Shown here: positions 28,245 through 35,717 of the stretch, piece by piece
How the letters are laid out: each line of letters begins with the position of its first letter
How positions within the stretch are numbered: the stretch's first letter is position 1
Assembly (NCBI GenBank): GCA_003577245.1
Contig: QEVS01000003.1
Span: forward strand, 52,300 to 116,299
Length of the DNA stretch: 64,000 bases
Source of the DNA: a bacterium
GTDB lineage: Bacteria; Chloroflexota; Dehalococcoidia; Tepidiformales; Tepidiformaceae
Direction: 5' to 3'
Program-made: the position numbers and the translations under genes
The notes under the pieces: generated by a model
Told to the model about the DNA's origin: nothing
The model's database searches: none
Seen by the model: only the letters and a program-made list of their open reading frames with translations

Positions 28245-28874
28245 CTAGCCCCCGTTTTCCAGGCCCTGAAGGTGCGTTGCGTCGTTGTACCCGAGCAACG
28301 TGAATCTGCCGCTCTTCGAGAACTGCATCCGCGTTATGGACGTGTTGTCGCAGGCAAACGACCACGTCGCCTCGATGGGCAGGCTCAGGAACTCGGCCAG
28401 CATGGCCATGATGGCGTTGCCGTGCGACACGAGGAGCACAGTCCCGCCACGGTGAGCTTCAACCGAACGCTGCACGGCCTCGCTCGTGCGCGTCCTCAGC
28501 TGCTGGAGGGTTTCACCCCCGGGCGCCCCGTGCAATCGCCCCAGGAAGAAGTCGCGCAGCAACTCCGGGTGCCGTTCGCCGAGTTCGCGTCCGGGCCGGC
28601 CCTCCCATTCGCCGTAGTGCATTTCGCGGAGCCCCGGGTCCGGCGCCGCCTCCAGGCCGGGCTTCTGCTCCAGGGCGTGCTCGGCTGTTTTCGCCGCGCG
28701 TGAGAGGTCGCTCGAATAGGCCGCGTCGATCTCCATCTCTCGCAGCCTGGCGCCGAGGGCCCGGGCCTGCCTCACGCCCAGCGGAGTCAACTCCGTTTCG
28801 GAATGCCCGCAGAACAGCCCCTCGATGTTCCCGTACGTCTGGCCGTGACGTACGACAATTACGCGCGTGATCAT
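28245..28874 (-). CDS. histidine phosphatase (phosphoglycerate mutase-like) family protein
   Basis: RHG motif VIVVRHGQTYGN and a downstream SHG. Confidence 0.85.
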   Translation of the reverse strand: MITRVIVVRHGQTYGNIEGLFCGHSETELTPLGVRQARALGARLREMEIDAAYSSDLSRAAKTAEHALEQKPGLEAAPDPGLREMHYGEWEGRPGRELGERHPELLRDFFLGRLHGAPGGETLQQLRTRTSEAVQRSVEAHRGGTVLLVSHGNAIMAMLAEFLSLPIEATWSFACDNTSITRMQFSKSGRFTLLGYNDATHLQGLENGG

Positions 28875-28939
28875 GCATCGAGTCTAGAGGACGCGTTCAT
28901 TACGGGCCCCTGCCACCCGGGCGGTTCAACTTCCATTTG

Positions 28940-28959
28940 TTTTACGAACGTTTTACGAA
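28940..28959. promoter_or_regulatory. tandem direct repeat TTTTACGAA-N2-TTTTACGAA (11-bp phasing)
   Basis: An exact 9-mer is repeated with an 11-bp period in the AT-richer divergent spacer between 28874 (-) and 29053 (+). Confidence 0.35.
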
Positions 28960-29052
28960 TTGATGCCCCCGGTTGCTGGTGCGCGTACACCCGGCGCTTG
29001 TTACGGTACCGTCGACGCTTTCCGGAAGAGCCCTTAAGGGGCGGGAGGAGCA

Positions 29053-29457
29053 ATGCGCGGAGTGTTTAGAAAAGGAACAATCGTGGCTGCGACCACGCTC
29101 GCCTTCGCCGCCATCCTTGGCGGCTCGCTCGGGTTGGCAACGGCCGGGACGCGGAGCAGCGGCCTTGTTGCAGGCCAGAACGTCATCGGCGGCCCGATCA
29201 AGGGCGATGTCGCTCCTGCCAAGTTCGTGAGCTGCCTCGGCAACTCCTGGACGGCTCTCTACATCTGGGACAACCGCTCAGCCGAACAGGGCGGTCAGCG
29301 CTGGCAGCACTACCTGAAGGGCGTCCCCGACTACGTCAACTCATCGGCGACGGGCGGAATCACCGTCGTACCACGGCTCGCCGGCGTCTACCTGTTCATG
29401 TCCGCGGCCATGTCGTCGCCGTTCCTCCCCGATTCCAACGCCGATACCTGCCCCTAA
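29053..29457 (+). CDS. small secreted protein of unknown function
   Basis: Signal peptide (TLAFAAILGGSLGLATA). Its core resembles the C-terminal domain of the CAP protein at 34331..35434. A strong terminator follows. Confidence 0.6.
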   Translation: MRGVFRKGTIVAATTLAFAAILGGSLGLATAGTRSSGLVAGQNVIGGPIKGDVAPAKFVSCLGNSWTALYIWDNRSAEQGGQRWQHYLKGVPDYVNSSATGGITVVPRLAGVYLFMSAAMSSPFLPDSNADTCP

Positions 29458-29484
29458 CCGGCGCCACAAGGACTCCCATTGAAA

Positions 29485-29513
29485 GCCCCCGCCCCTGGCG
29501 GGGGTTTTCGTTT
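29485..29513 (+). terminator. rho-independent terminator
   Basis: GCCCCCGCC-CCT-GGCGGGGG followed by TTTTCGTTT. Confidence 0.7.
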
Positions 29514-29569
29514 GGCTCGCGGGCGCACCCTACAATGGGGTTGCCAATCCGGCCTGAGGAGGGAGTGGC

Positions 29570-29989
29570 ATGGCCCATGCCATCCGGCTCCGCCAGGAGC
29601 ACATCGACGCCATGGTCAAACACGCGCTCGAAGACGCGCCCATTGAGTGCTGCGGCATCCTTGCCGCCGTGGACGGCGAGGTCGTCTCCGTGCACCGCGC
29701 CCGGAACGTGGAGGCCAGCCCCTACCGGTTCAGCATCCACGGCCTGGAGCAACGCCGCATCGAGGAGGCCATCGACGAGTCGGGCGCGCATCTCGCCGGC
29801 TTCTACCACTCCCACACCGGCTCCGAAGCCAGGCCAAGCCCTACCGACATCCGCATGATGAATGCCTTCTTTGGCCCTCCCTATGTCCACTTCGTGATCG
29901 GCGTCTCCGACCGGGAGAATCCCGTTGTGCGCGTCTTCTACATCGAAGACGGCGCCTCGTCCGAGCAGGAATTCGAGGTGGTTCACTGA
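29570..29989 (+). CDS. JAMM/MPN+ (Mov34) metalloprotease family protein
   Basis: Exact JAMM motif: E (PIECCG) ... HSHTGSEARPSPTD (HxHx7SxxD). Confidence 0.85.
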   Translation: MAHAIRLRQEHIDAMVKHALEDAPIECCGILAAVDGEVVSVHRARNVEASPYRFSIHGLEQRRIEEAIDESGAHLAGFYHSHTGSEARPSPTDIRMMNAFFGPPYVHFVIGVSDRENPVVRVFYIEDGASSEQEFEVVH

Positions 29990-30861
29990 GTCAGCCCTTC
30001 CCGGCCATCGCCCCGCTGCACCGCGACTACCGGGCGCCCGCACTCGAAATCCGCGGCCGCCGGTTCTCATGGGGCGAACGCACCTTCCTGATGGGCATAG
30101 TCAACGTCACACCCGATTCCTTCAGCGGCGATGGCACGGGCGCCGACCCCGCCGCCGCTGCCGCGCTTGCCGCACGTTTTGAAGCCGAAGGCGCCGACAT
30201 CCTCGATGTCGGCGGCGAATCAACCCGCCCGGGCGCCAGCCCGCTGGACCCCGAGGTGGAGCTCGCACGCGTGGTGCCCGCCATCCGCGCAGTCCGGGCG
30301 CGCACCAGCCTGCCAGTCTCCGTTGACACGTGTCACCCCGCGGTCGCGGCGGCAGCCATTGCCGCAGGAGCCGATGTCGTGAACGACATCTGGGGCCTCA
30401 GGTCCGATGCTGCCATGGCGGAAACAGTCGCTCGCGCAGGAGTCCCGCTCGTGGCCATGCACAACCAGCGCGGCCGGGCGCCCGGGGACGTCATCCAGGG
30501 CCTGCGCGCCGGCTTCACGGAAACCCTGCGACTGGCCGCGGAAGCCGGCATCCCGTCCGAACGCGTGATTCTTGACCCCGGCTTTGGGTTCGGCTGGGAA
30601 CCGGCGCAGAATCTCGAAATGGTGCGGCGCCTCCCCGAGCTCTGGGACTTCGCCATGCCCCTCCTTGTCGGGCCGTCACGCAAGTCCACCATCGGACTGG
30701 TCCTGGAAGCCCCGGTGGGAGAACGTCTCGAAGGCACCGGTGCGGCGGTCGCCCTCGCAATCGCCGGCGGGGCCGACATTGTCCGCGTTCACGATGTCCG
30801 CCAGGTCGCCCGCGTTGCCCGCGTCGCCGACGCCATCGTCCGCGACAACTGGCGTCCGTGA
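29986..30861 (+). CDS. folP: dihydropteroate synthase (probable CTG start)
   Basis: LMGIVNVTPDSFSGDG and the pterin-binding barrel motifs. There is no ATG/GTG/TTG between the JAMM stop and the conserved N-terminus. SD GAGGTGG (29975..29981) lies 4 nt before CTG 29986, which overlaps the JAMM TGA. Confidence 0.8.
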   Translation: MSQPFPAIAPLHRDYRAPALEIRGRRFSWGERTFLMGIVNVTPDSFSGDGTGADPAAAAALAARFEAEGADILDVGGESTRPGASPLDPEVELARVVPAIRAVRARTSLPVSVDTCHPAVAAAAIAAGADVVNDIWGLRSDAAMAETVARAGVPLVAMHNQRGRAPGDVIQGLRAGFTETLRLAAEAGIPSERVILDPGFGFGWEPAQNLEMVRRLPELWDFAMPLLVGPSRKSTIGLVLEAPVGERLEGTGAAVALAIAGGADIVRVHDVRQVARVARVADAIVRDNWRP

Positions 30862-31355
30862 CCTCCTCCGGGCCCATCCTCATAGCCCTCGGCAGCAACC
30901 TCGGCGACCGCGCGGCCAATCTCCGCGCCGCGCTCCGCCTGATGGCCTCTGCCCGGGTCACGCCTGTGCGCGTCTCGCAGGCCTGGGAATCAGAACCCGT
31001 TCCCGAAGGTCAGCCGCGATTCCTCAACGCCGTCGCCGCCGTCGAAACGGCCCTCTTGCCCCACGACCTGCTCGATGCCCTGAAGCAGATCGAGCAGGCC
31101 CTCGGACGCCGCCCCAGCAGGCGCTGGGGACCGCGCCCCATCGACCTCGACATCCTCTTCTATGACTGGATCGAGGCGTCCGCACCGGACCTCGTCATCC
31201 CCCACCCTCGCATCGCCGAGAGGCGATTCGTGCTCGCGCCGCTCTCCGAGGTCTACCCGGGCCCGCTGCCCATCCTTGGCCGCACTGCCCTCGAACTGCT
31301 CTGCGAGGCGCCGCCACTGGGAATCAGGCGCACGGGCATCAGCCTTGAAGGCTGA
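30858..31355 (+). CDS. folK: 2-amino-4-hydroxy-6-hydroxymethyldihydropteridine diphosphokinase
   Basis: IALGSNLGDR and RWGPRPIDLDIL motifs. GTGA overlap with the folP stop. Confidence 0.9.
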   Translation: MTSSGPILIALGSNLGDRAANLRAALRLMASARVTPVRVSQAWESEPVPEGQPRFLNAVAAVETALLPHDLLDALKQIEQALGRRPSRRWGPRPIDLDILFYDWIEASAPDLVIPHPRIAERRFVLAPLSEVYPGPLPILGRTALELLCEAPPLGIRRTGISLEG

Positions 31356-31364
31356 GCACGGGCG

Positions 31365-32345
31365 TCACCACTGCCCGTTCACGTCGCCTGGCGTCAGCAC
31401 GGGCATGATCCCGCGCCCTCGCCGGTCTGCGGCGCGAACAAGTCCGTAAAGGCTGTCAACGGTGGGCGCCGCCACCCCGAGTGCCCGAGCGCGCCGCGAA
31501 GGCTCGCCCAGGATCGCCTCAACCTCAAGCTCCCTTCCCAGCACGTAGTCAATGACCATGCTGGTCCGGTAGTCGCCAATGGCGCGTGTCTGGGCGAACA
31601 TCGCCTGCACCACGCTCTCGGCGTCCAGGCGCTCCTTCGCGCCCACGGCCTCAAGGTCGGCGTTGCCCGCCGCGGCCACCTCGCGCATCGCGCCCTCCGC
31701 TATTCTCGAAAGGGCCTCATCGCCCAGGATGGTCTGCGTTCCCACTCCCCCGGCAGCCACCGAAAGGCCGTTGAACGGCACGTTCCAGCACAGCTTCTCC
31801 CAGCGTGCGAAGCGGAGATTCGGCGCCACCACGACCTCAATCCCGCCCGACGCGAGCAGCGCGCGGAGCTCCTCCGCCTGTTCCGGGTCATCCTCGTAGT
31901 GGCCGATGCTCACACGGCCGTACACCAGGTGGTGGATGACTCCCGGGTCTCCCCGGTTGATGCAGACAAAGGCCATCCCACCGAAGACCCTCTCCCCTCC
32001 GAACCAGCCGGCGAACCGTTCCTCAATCCCGAGCCCGTTCATGAGCGCGAGCACGCGGGTGTTCGGAGCCATGCACGGCGCCACCAGTCTCTGCGCCTGT
32101 TCAATCGCCGTGGCCTTCAGCGAGCAGAGCACCCAGTCGACCGGCCCGATCTCTTCGGGCGTGCCGAATGCGGCCACCGGCTCCAGCCGGAAGTCGCCCG
32201 CGGGGCTGCGGATTTCCAGCCCGCCCGTCTGCACCGCTTCAAGGTCGCGCCGCATCAGGAAGCGAACGGCGTGGCCCGCGCGCGCCAGCAGCGCACCGTA
32301 GTAGCAGCCGACTGCTCCCGCGCCGATGACCGCCACCGTTGCCAT
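31365..32345 (-). CDS. panE: 2-dehydropantoate 2-reductase
   Basis: VAVIGAGAVGCYYGALLARAG Rossmann start and the ApbA/PanE C-terminal domain pattern. Confidence 0.85.
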   Translation of the reverse strand: MATVAVIGAGAVGCYYGALLARAGHAVRFLMRRDLEAVQTGGLEIRSPAGDFRLEPVAAFGTPEEIGPVDWVLCSLKATAIEQAQRLVAPCMAPNTRVLALMNGLGIEERFAGWFGGERVFGGMAFVCINRGDPGVIHHLVYGRVSIGHYEDDPEQAEELRALLASGGIEVVVAPNLRFARWEKLCWNVPFNGLSVAAGGVGTQTILGDEALSRIAEGAMREVAAAGNADLEAVGAKERLDAESVVQAMFAQTRAIGDYRTSMVIDYVLGRELEVEAILGEPSRRARALGVAAPTVDSLYGLVRAADRRGRGIMPVLTPGDVNGQW

Positions 32346-32399
32346 GCGGGCAGATTATTGGATCTGCCCCGTGGCAGCTACAGGCGCCTGCTTTTCGAG

Positions 32400-32420
32400 T
32401 AGAATACGAACAAAGGTTCG
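32400..32420 (+). promoter_or_regulatory. dinB promoter -10 (TAGAAT) abutting a perfect LexA/Cheo box CGAACAAAGGTTCG
   Basis: TAGAAT at 32400..32405. CGAAC-N4-GTTCG at 32407..32420 ends 2 nt before the dinB ATG. Confidence 0.6.
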
Positions 32421-32422
32421 CC

Positions 32423-33667
32423 ATGACCGCGCCCACCATCCTCCACGTTGACCTAGACGCCTTCTTCGTCTCGATGGAGCTCCTGCGGCGCCCGGAGCTG
32501 CGCGGGCTGCCCGTGGTGGTTGCCGGTGCCCTCGGCCCTCGCGGCGTGGTCAACACATGCAGCTACGAGGCACGCCGCTTCGGCGTTCGCTCGGCGATGC
32601 CCGTCTCCCAGGCGCGCCGCCTCTGCCCCTCGGCGGTCTTCCTCGAATCGGACTACAGCTTCTACAGCCCTGCATCGAAGCAGTTCCATGCCATCCTGCG
32701 CGATTTCACATCGCTGGTTGAGCCGGCCGGCGCCGACGAGGCCTATCTCGACGTATCCGGCAGCGAGCGCCTCTTCGGCGATGGGCCGGCCATCGCCCGC
32801 AGCATCCGGGCGCGGGTGGCGGCCGAGGCCGGCATCACCGCATCGGTGGGCGTCGCCACGAACAAGCTCGTCGCCAAGGTGGCTAGCGACGCGGCCAAGC
32901 CCGATGGCCTGCTCGTCGTCGCTCCCGGTGAAGAGGCGGCCTTCCTGGCTCCGCGCCCTCTGCGCGACCTTCCCATGGTGGGACCGAAGACGGCCGCCGT
33001 CCTCGCCGGGCTCGGCGTCAGGTCGATCGGCGACCTCCAGCGCATCCCGGTGCATGCACTCCAGGCCCGCTTCGGACGCCATGGCGCCGAGCTCCACACT
33101 CGCGCCATGGGCATCCACGATGCCACGGTCCTTGCCGGCCGCGCCGAGGCCAGGTCCATCTCGCGGGAAACCACCTTCGACACCGATGAACAGTCGGAGG
33201 AGCGTCTGCTCGCCGTGCTCCGCCGCCAGGCCGAACGCGTGGCCGCCGACCTCGCTCGCCAGGAGCGGAGCGCGCGCACTGTCACGCTGAAGCTCCGCTT
33301 CCCGCCCTTCGAAACCCTCACGCGGTCCTGGACGCCCGGCCCGCCAGTGGAGCTGGCGGAAGAGATCTTCGCCGCTGCCGGCGGCCTCTTCGAGCGCGCC
33401 TGGGCGGAAAACGCCCACCGGCCCGTCAGGCTCCTCGGGCTCGGTGTCGCCAACCTGCAGGAGCGGGCGCGCCAGCTGAAACTTGGCGAACCCGCCTCGC
33501 ACGGGCAACTCGACCGGGCCGTATCGTCCCTGCGTGACCGCTTCGGCGAAACCGCCGTCGTGCGCGCCGCCGAACTACCCGCGCCCGGCGCAACCCGTTC
33601 GCCATTGACAGCTCCCCTCGCTGGCCCGCACGATCAGATAGATTTGGAAGGATTCGAGGGAGTGTGA
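32423..33667 (+). CDS. dinB: DNA polymerase IV
   Basis: ILHVDLDAFFVSME catalytic motif and the Y-family palm/fingers/little-finger pattern. Start at ATG 32423. Confidence 0.9.
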   Translation: MTAPTILHVDLDAFFVSMELLRRPELRGLPVVVAGALGPRGVVNTCSYEARRFGVRSAMPVSQARRLCPSAVFLESDYSFYSPASKQFHAILRDFTSLVEPAGADEAYLDVSGSERLFGDGPAIARSIRARVAAEAGITASVGVATNKLVAKVASDAAKPDGLLVVAPGEEAAFLAPRPLRDLPMVGPKTAAVLAGLGVRSIGDLQRIPVHALQARFGRHGAELHTRAMGIHDATVLAGRAEARSISRETTFDTDEQSEERLLAVLRRQAERVAADLARQERSARTVTLKLRFPPFETLTRSWTPGPPVELAEEIFAAAGGLFERAWAENAHRPVRLLGLGVANLQERARQLKLGEPASHGQLDRAVSSLRDRFGETAVVRAAELPAPGATRSPLTAPLAGPHDQIDLEGFEGV

Positions 33668-34308
33668 ACGAACAGCCCCAGGCCTCCCGCCGCTGGATTC
33701 CCCTTGGCGCCGCCGCCGCGCTTCTTGGCGTGAGCGAATCAACCGTGCGCCGCTGGGTCGATTCGGGGGAGGTACGCTCCTTCCGGACTCGCGGCGGCCA
33801 CAGGCGGGTCCTCGAAGACGACCTCCGTGGCATCGTCGAGGCCACCGGCGCTCTTCCCGCGCGCGATGCCGATCGCATCAGCGACCTCGCCATTGCCCGC
33901 GTGCGCCGCCGAATGAGCCGCGGCCGCCAGACCCACACCATGCCCACATTCGCCGAGCTCAGCGACGCTGCCCGCGACCGCCTGCGCCTCATGGGGCGCC
34001 AGATGGTCGACCTGTTCGCACGCTACATCTCTTCGTCCACCAGGGGCGAGCGGTTTGTCGAGGACGCCCGCACCATCGGGCGCGAATACGGGCGCATGCT
34101 TGTGGCCGAAAAAGTGCGCCTCACCACCGCCATCGGCACGTTCAACTCGCTCCGGCGCTCGCTTGATGAGACCGCCTCGCAGATCGCCACCGAATCGGGG
34201 CTCTCCACCGACGAGGCCGTGGACGCCGTCGAGCGCACGCTCGAGCTCGCCGACGTGGTCCTGGAGGGCATGGCCGAGGTCTACGAAAGCTCCGCGACTT
34301 CGCCCTGA
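33664..34308 (+). CDS. excisionase/MerR-type HTH protein with an uncharacterised helical C-terminal domain
   Basis: WIPLGAAAALLGVSESTVRRWVDSGEVRSFRTRGGHRRV (HTH_17-like). GTGA overlap with the dinB stop. Confidence 0.65.
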   Translation: MNEQPQASRRWIPLGAAAALLGVSESTVRRWVDSGEVRSFRTRGGHRRVLEDDLRGIVEATGALPARDADRISDLAIARVRRRMSRGRQTHTMPTFAELSDAARDRLRLMGRQMVDLFARYISSSTRGERFVEDARTIGREYGRMLVAEKVRLTTAIGTFNSLRRSLDETASQIATESGLSTDEAVDAVERTLELADVVLEGMAEVYESSATSP

Positions 34309-34330
34309 CGGCCCGGGCGGTGCCCGTTTC

Positions 34331-35434
34331 TCAGTCGACGATCCGCAGCGAGGCCGTGCTCTTTGCCACGAACCAGTAGGCCCTGCCCTGCTCCATGGTG
34401 CGCAGGTTGTTCACGAAGGCCGGCAGTCCCGGTATGTAGCGGAGCCACTGACCGGACGCAGCATCCCACGTGTAGACGGCACTGACGCCCGAAGTCCCTT
34501 TCAGGGCCTCGCTTACCGGGGCGTTGCTGCCCGGCCAGGTGAGGAGGTTCGCTCCCGGTTGCAGCGGCAGCGAATTCGTCGGCGTGCTCGTGGGGCTCGG
34601 CGTCTTTGGCGGAGTCGCCGTGGCCGTCGGTGATTGCGCCGGTGTGCTCGTGGCCGGAACCGTAGGCGTGCTTGTGGGCTGCCACGTGGGCGTGGTGGCC
34701 GGCGGCTGCTGGGCCTGCGTGGGCGGAGCAACCGGGGTTGAGGTTGGCGCCTGGGTGGGCGCCGTTGTCGGTGTGCTCGCCGGCGGGACAGCCGGTGTTG
34801 GCGTGCTCGCGGGAGGCTGCGTGCTCGTGGGCGGAGTGGTCGGAGTGTTCGTGGGCGGCTGCGTGGGCGTGTTGGTCGGCGGCGGTGGTGGTGGAGCGCC
34901 CCCCGTTCCGTCGTCCGTTGCCCCGAAATTGGTTGCCCAGTACCAGCCGTAAGGCGAGCCCGGCACGTTGGCGCGCGAGATGCCGATCTGCTTGTAGTAG
35001 GTCCCAAGCATGTTTGCGTTGTGCCCGGGTGAGTTCTTCCACGCGTCAAAGGCCGATTGCGCACTCGACCAGCCGGTCCCGGCAGCGAGGTTCTCCCCCG
35101 CGCCCTGCGGATAGCCGCAGTCGAGGGCCCGCTGGTAGGGCGAACGCCCCAGCGAGTCCGTGTGCGAGAAGTAGCCGTTCGTCCCGAGGTCGTTGGTCAT
35201 CCACGTCGCGGCGCGGTTGAGATTGGTCGAGACGGTCAGCGTGCCCAGGCCGTTCTGGCTCCGGTAGTTGTTGATGAGCGTCAGGAACGTCTGCTCTTCA
35301 CCGTCCAGCCCCGTGTCGCCGGTCGTGCAGTCGCCGGCCGCGCGCGCTGGCGAGCTCCCTGCCGCGAACGCGCCAAGGCCCGCCAGGGCCATCCCCGTGA
35401 GTCCCAACAGCAGGGCAAGTGTACGTGTCCGCAT
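34331..35434 (-). CDS. secreted CAP/SCP (YkwD-like) domain protein with a Pro/Thr linker and a small C-terminal domain
   Basis: Signal peptide. INNYRSQNGL...WKNSPGHNANML CAP motifs, then about 110 aa of PT-rich linker. Confidence 0.8.
   Translation of the reverse strand: MRTRTLALLLGLTGMALAGLGAFAAGSSPARAAGDCTTGDTGLDGEEQTFLTLINNYRSQNGLGTLTVSTNLNRAATWMTNDLGTNGYFSHTDSLGRSPYQRALDCGYPQGAGENLAAGTGWSSAQSAFDAWKNSPGHNANMLGTYYKQIGISRANVPGSPYGWYWATNFGATDDGTGGAPPPPPPTNTPTQPPTNTPTTPPTSTQPPASTPTPAVPPASTPTTAPTQAPTSTPVAPPTQAQQPPATTPTWQPTSTPTVPATSTPAQSPTATATPPKTPSPTSTPTNSLPLQPGANLLTWPGSNAPVSEALKGTSGVSAVYTWDAASGQWLRYIPGLPAFVNNLRTMEQGRAYWFVAKSTASLRIVD
34564..34903 (-). repeat. low-complexity Pro/Thr-rich coding repeat region (linker)
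   Basis: Reiterated TPT/PPT codon blocks (e.g. PTNTPTQPPTNTPTTPPTSTQPP). The repeats are imperfect and have no spacer structure. Confidence 0.6.
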
Positions 35435-35660
35435 ATCTCGTTCCCAACCGCTTCCTGCCCCCGGTTTCGCTCAGGGGTCCCATTTGGAAGTTCGGCGGTT
35501 GGACGTTCCGTCCGAGTGGCCAGCCGGTGGACGGCCCGGGAAGGGAGGGGGGAGATGCGAAGGTCGGCGATGCGCCCTGGTGCCGGTGCGGACGCGCCAG
35601 GCTCCGGGAGTGGTCCGGCCTTCAGCCCGGCTGCAACGTGAACCACTGCTGCTGCACACG

Positions 35661-35689
35661 TTGACGCCGGGAGCACCCATCACCATAAT
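35661..35689 (+). promoter_or_regulatory. sigma-70-type promoter of the helicase gene
   Basis: TTGACG-17 nt-CATAAT. Confidence 0.6.
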
Positions 35690-35690
35690 G

Positions 35691-35704
35691 CGAACATCTG
35701 TGCG
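35691..35704 (+). promoter_or_regulatory. LexA-box-like site CGAACATCTGTGCG overlapping the predicted transcription start
   Basis: One mismatch from CGAAC-N4-GTTCG. It lies immediately after the -10 hexamer. Confidence 0.4.
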
Positions 35705-35717
35705 TATCGAGGCTCAC

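Noticed and set aside
29647-29985. GTG 29647 as the folP start (404-aa version)
   Set aside because: It would overlap nearly the entire JAMM gene in another frame with an Arg-rich, non-DHPS-like extension. SD + CTG 29986 is the more economical explanation.
34564-34903. Repetitive DNA that could be mistaken for a CRISPR-like or tandem-repeat locus
   Set aside because: The repeats are imperfect codon-level Pro/Thr reiterations inside an intact CDS. There is no repeat-spacer periodicity.
35688-35717. ATG 35688 as the helicase start
   Set aside because: This ATG lies inside the -10 hexamer CATAAT of the best promoter, so it would not be on the transcript. ATG 35718 has a GAGG SD.
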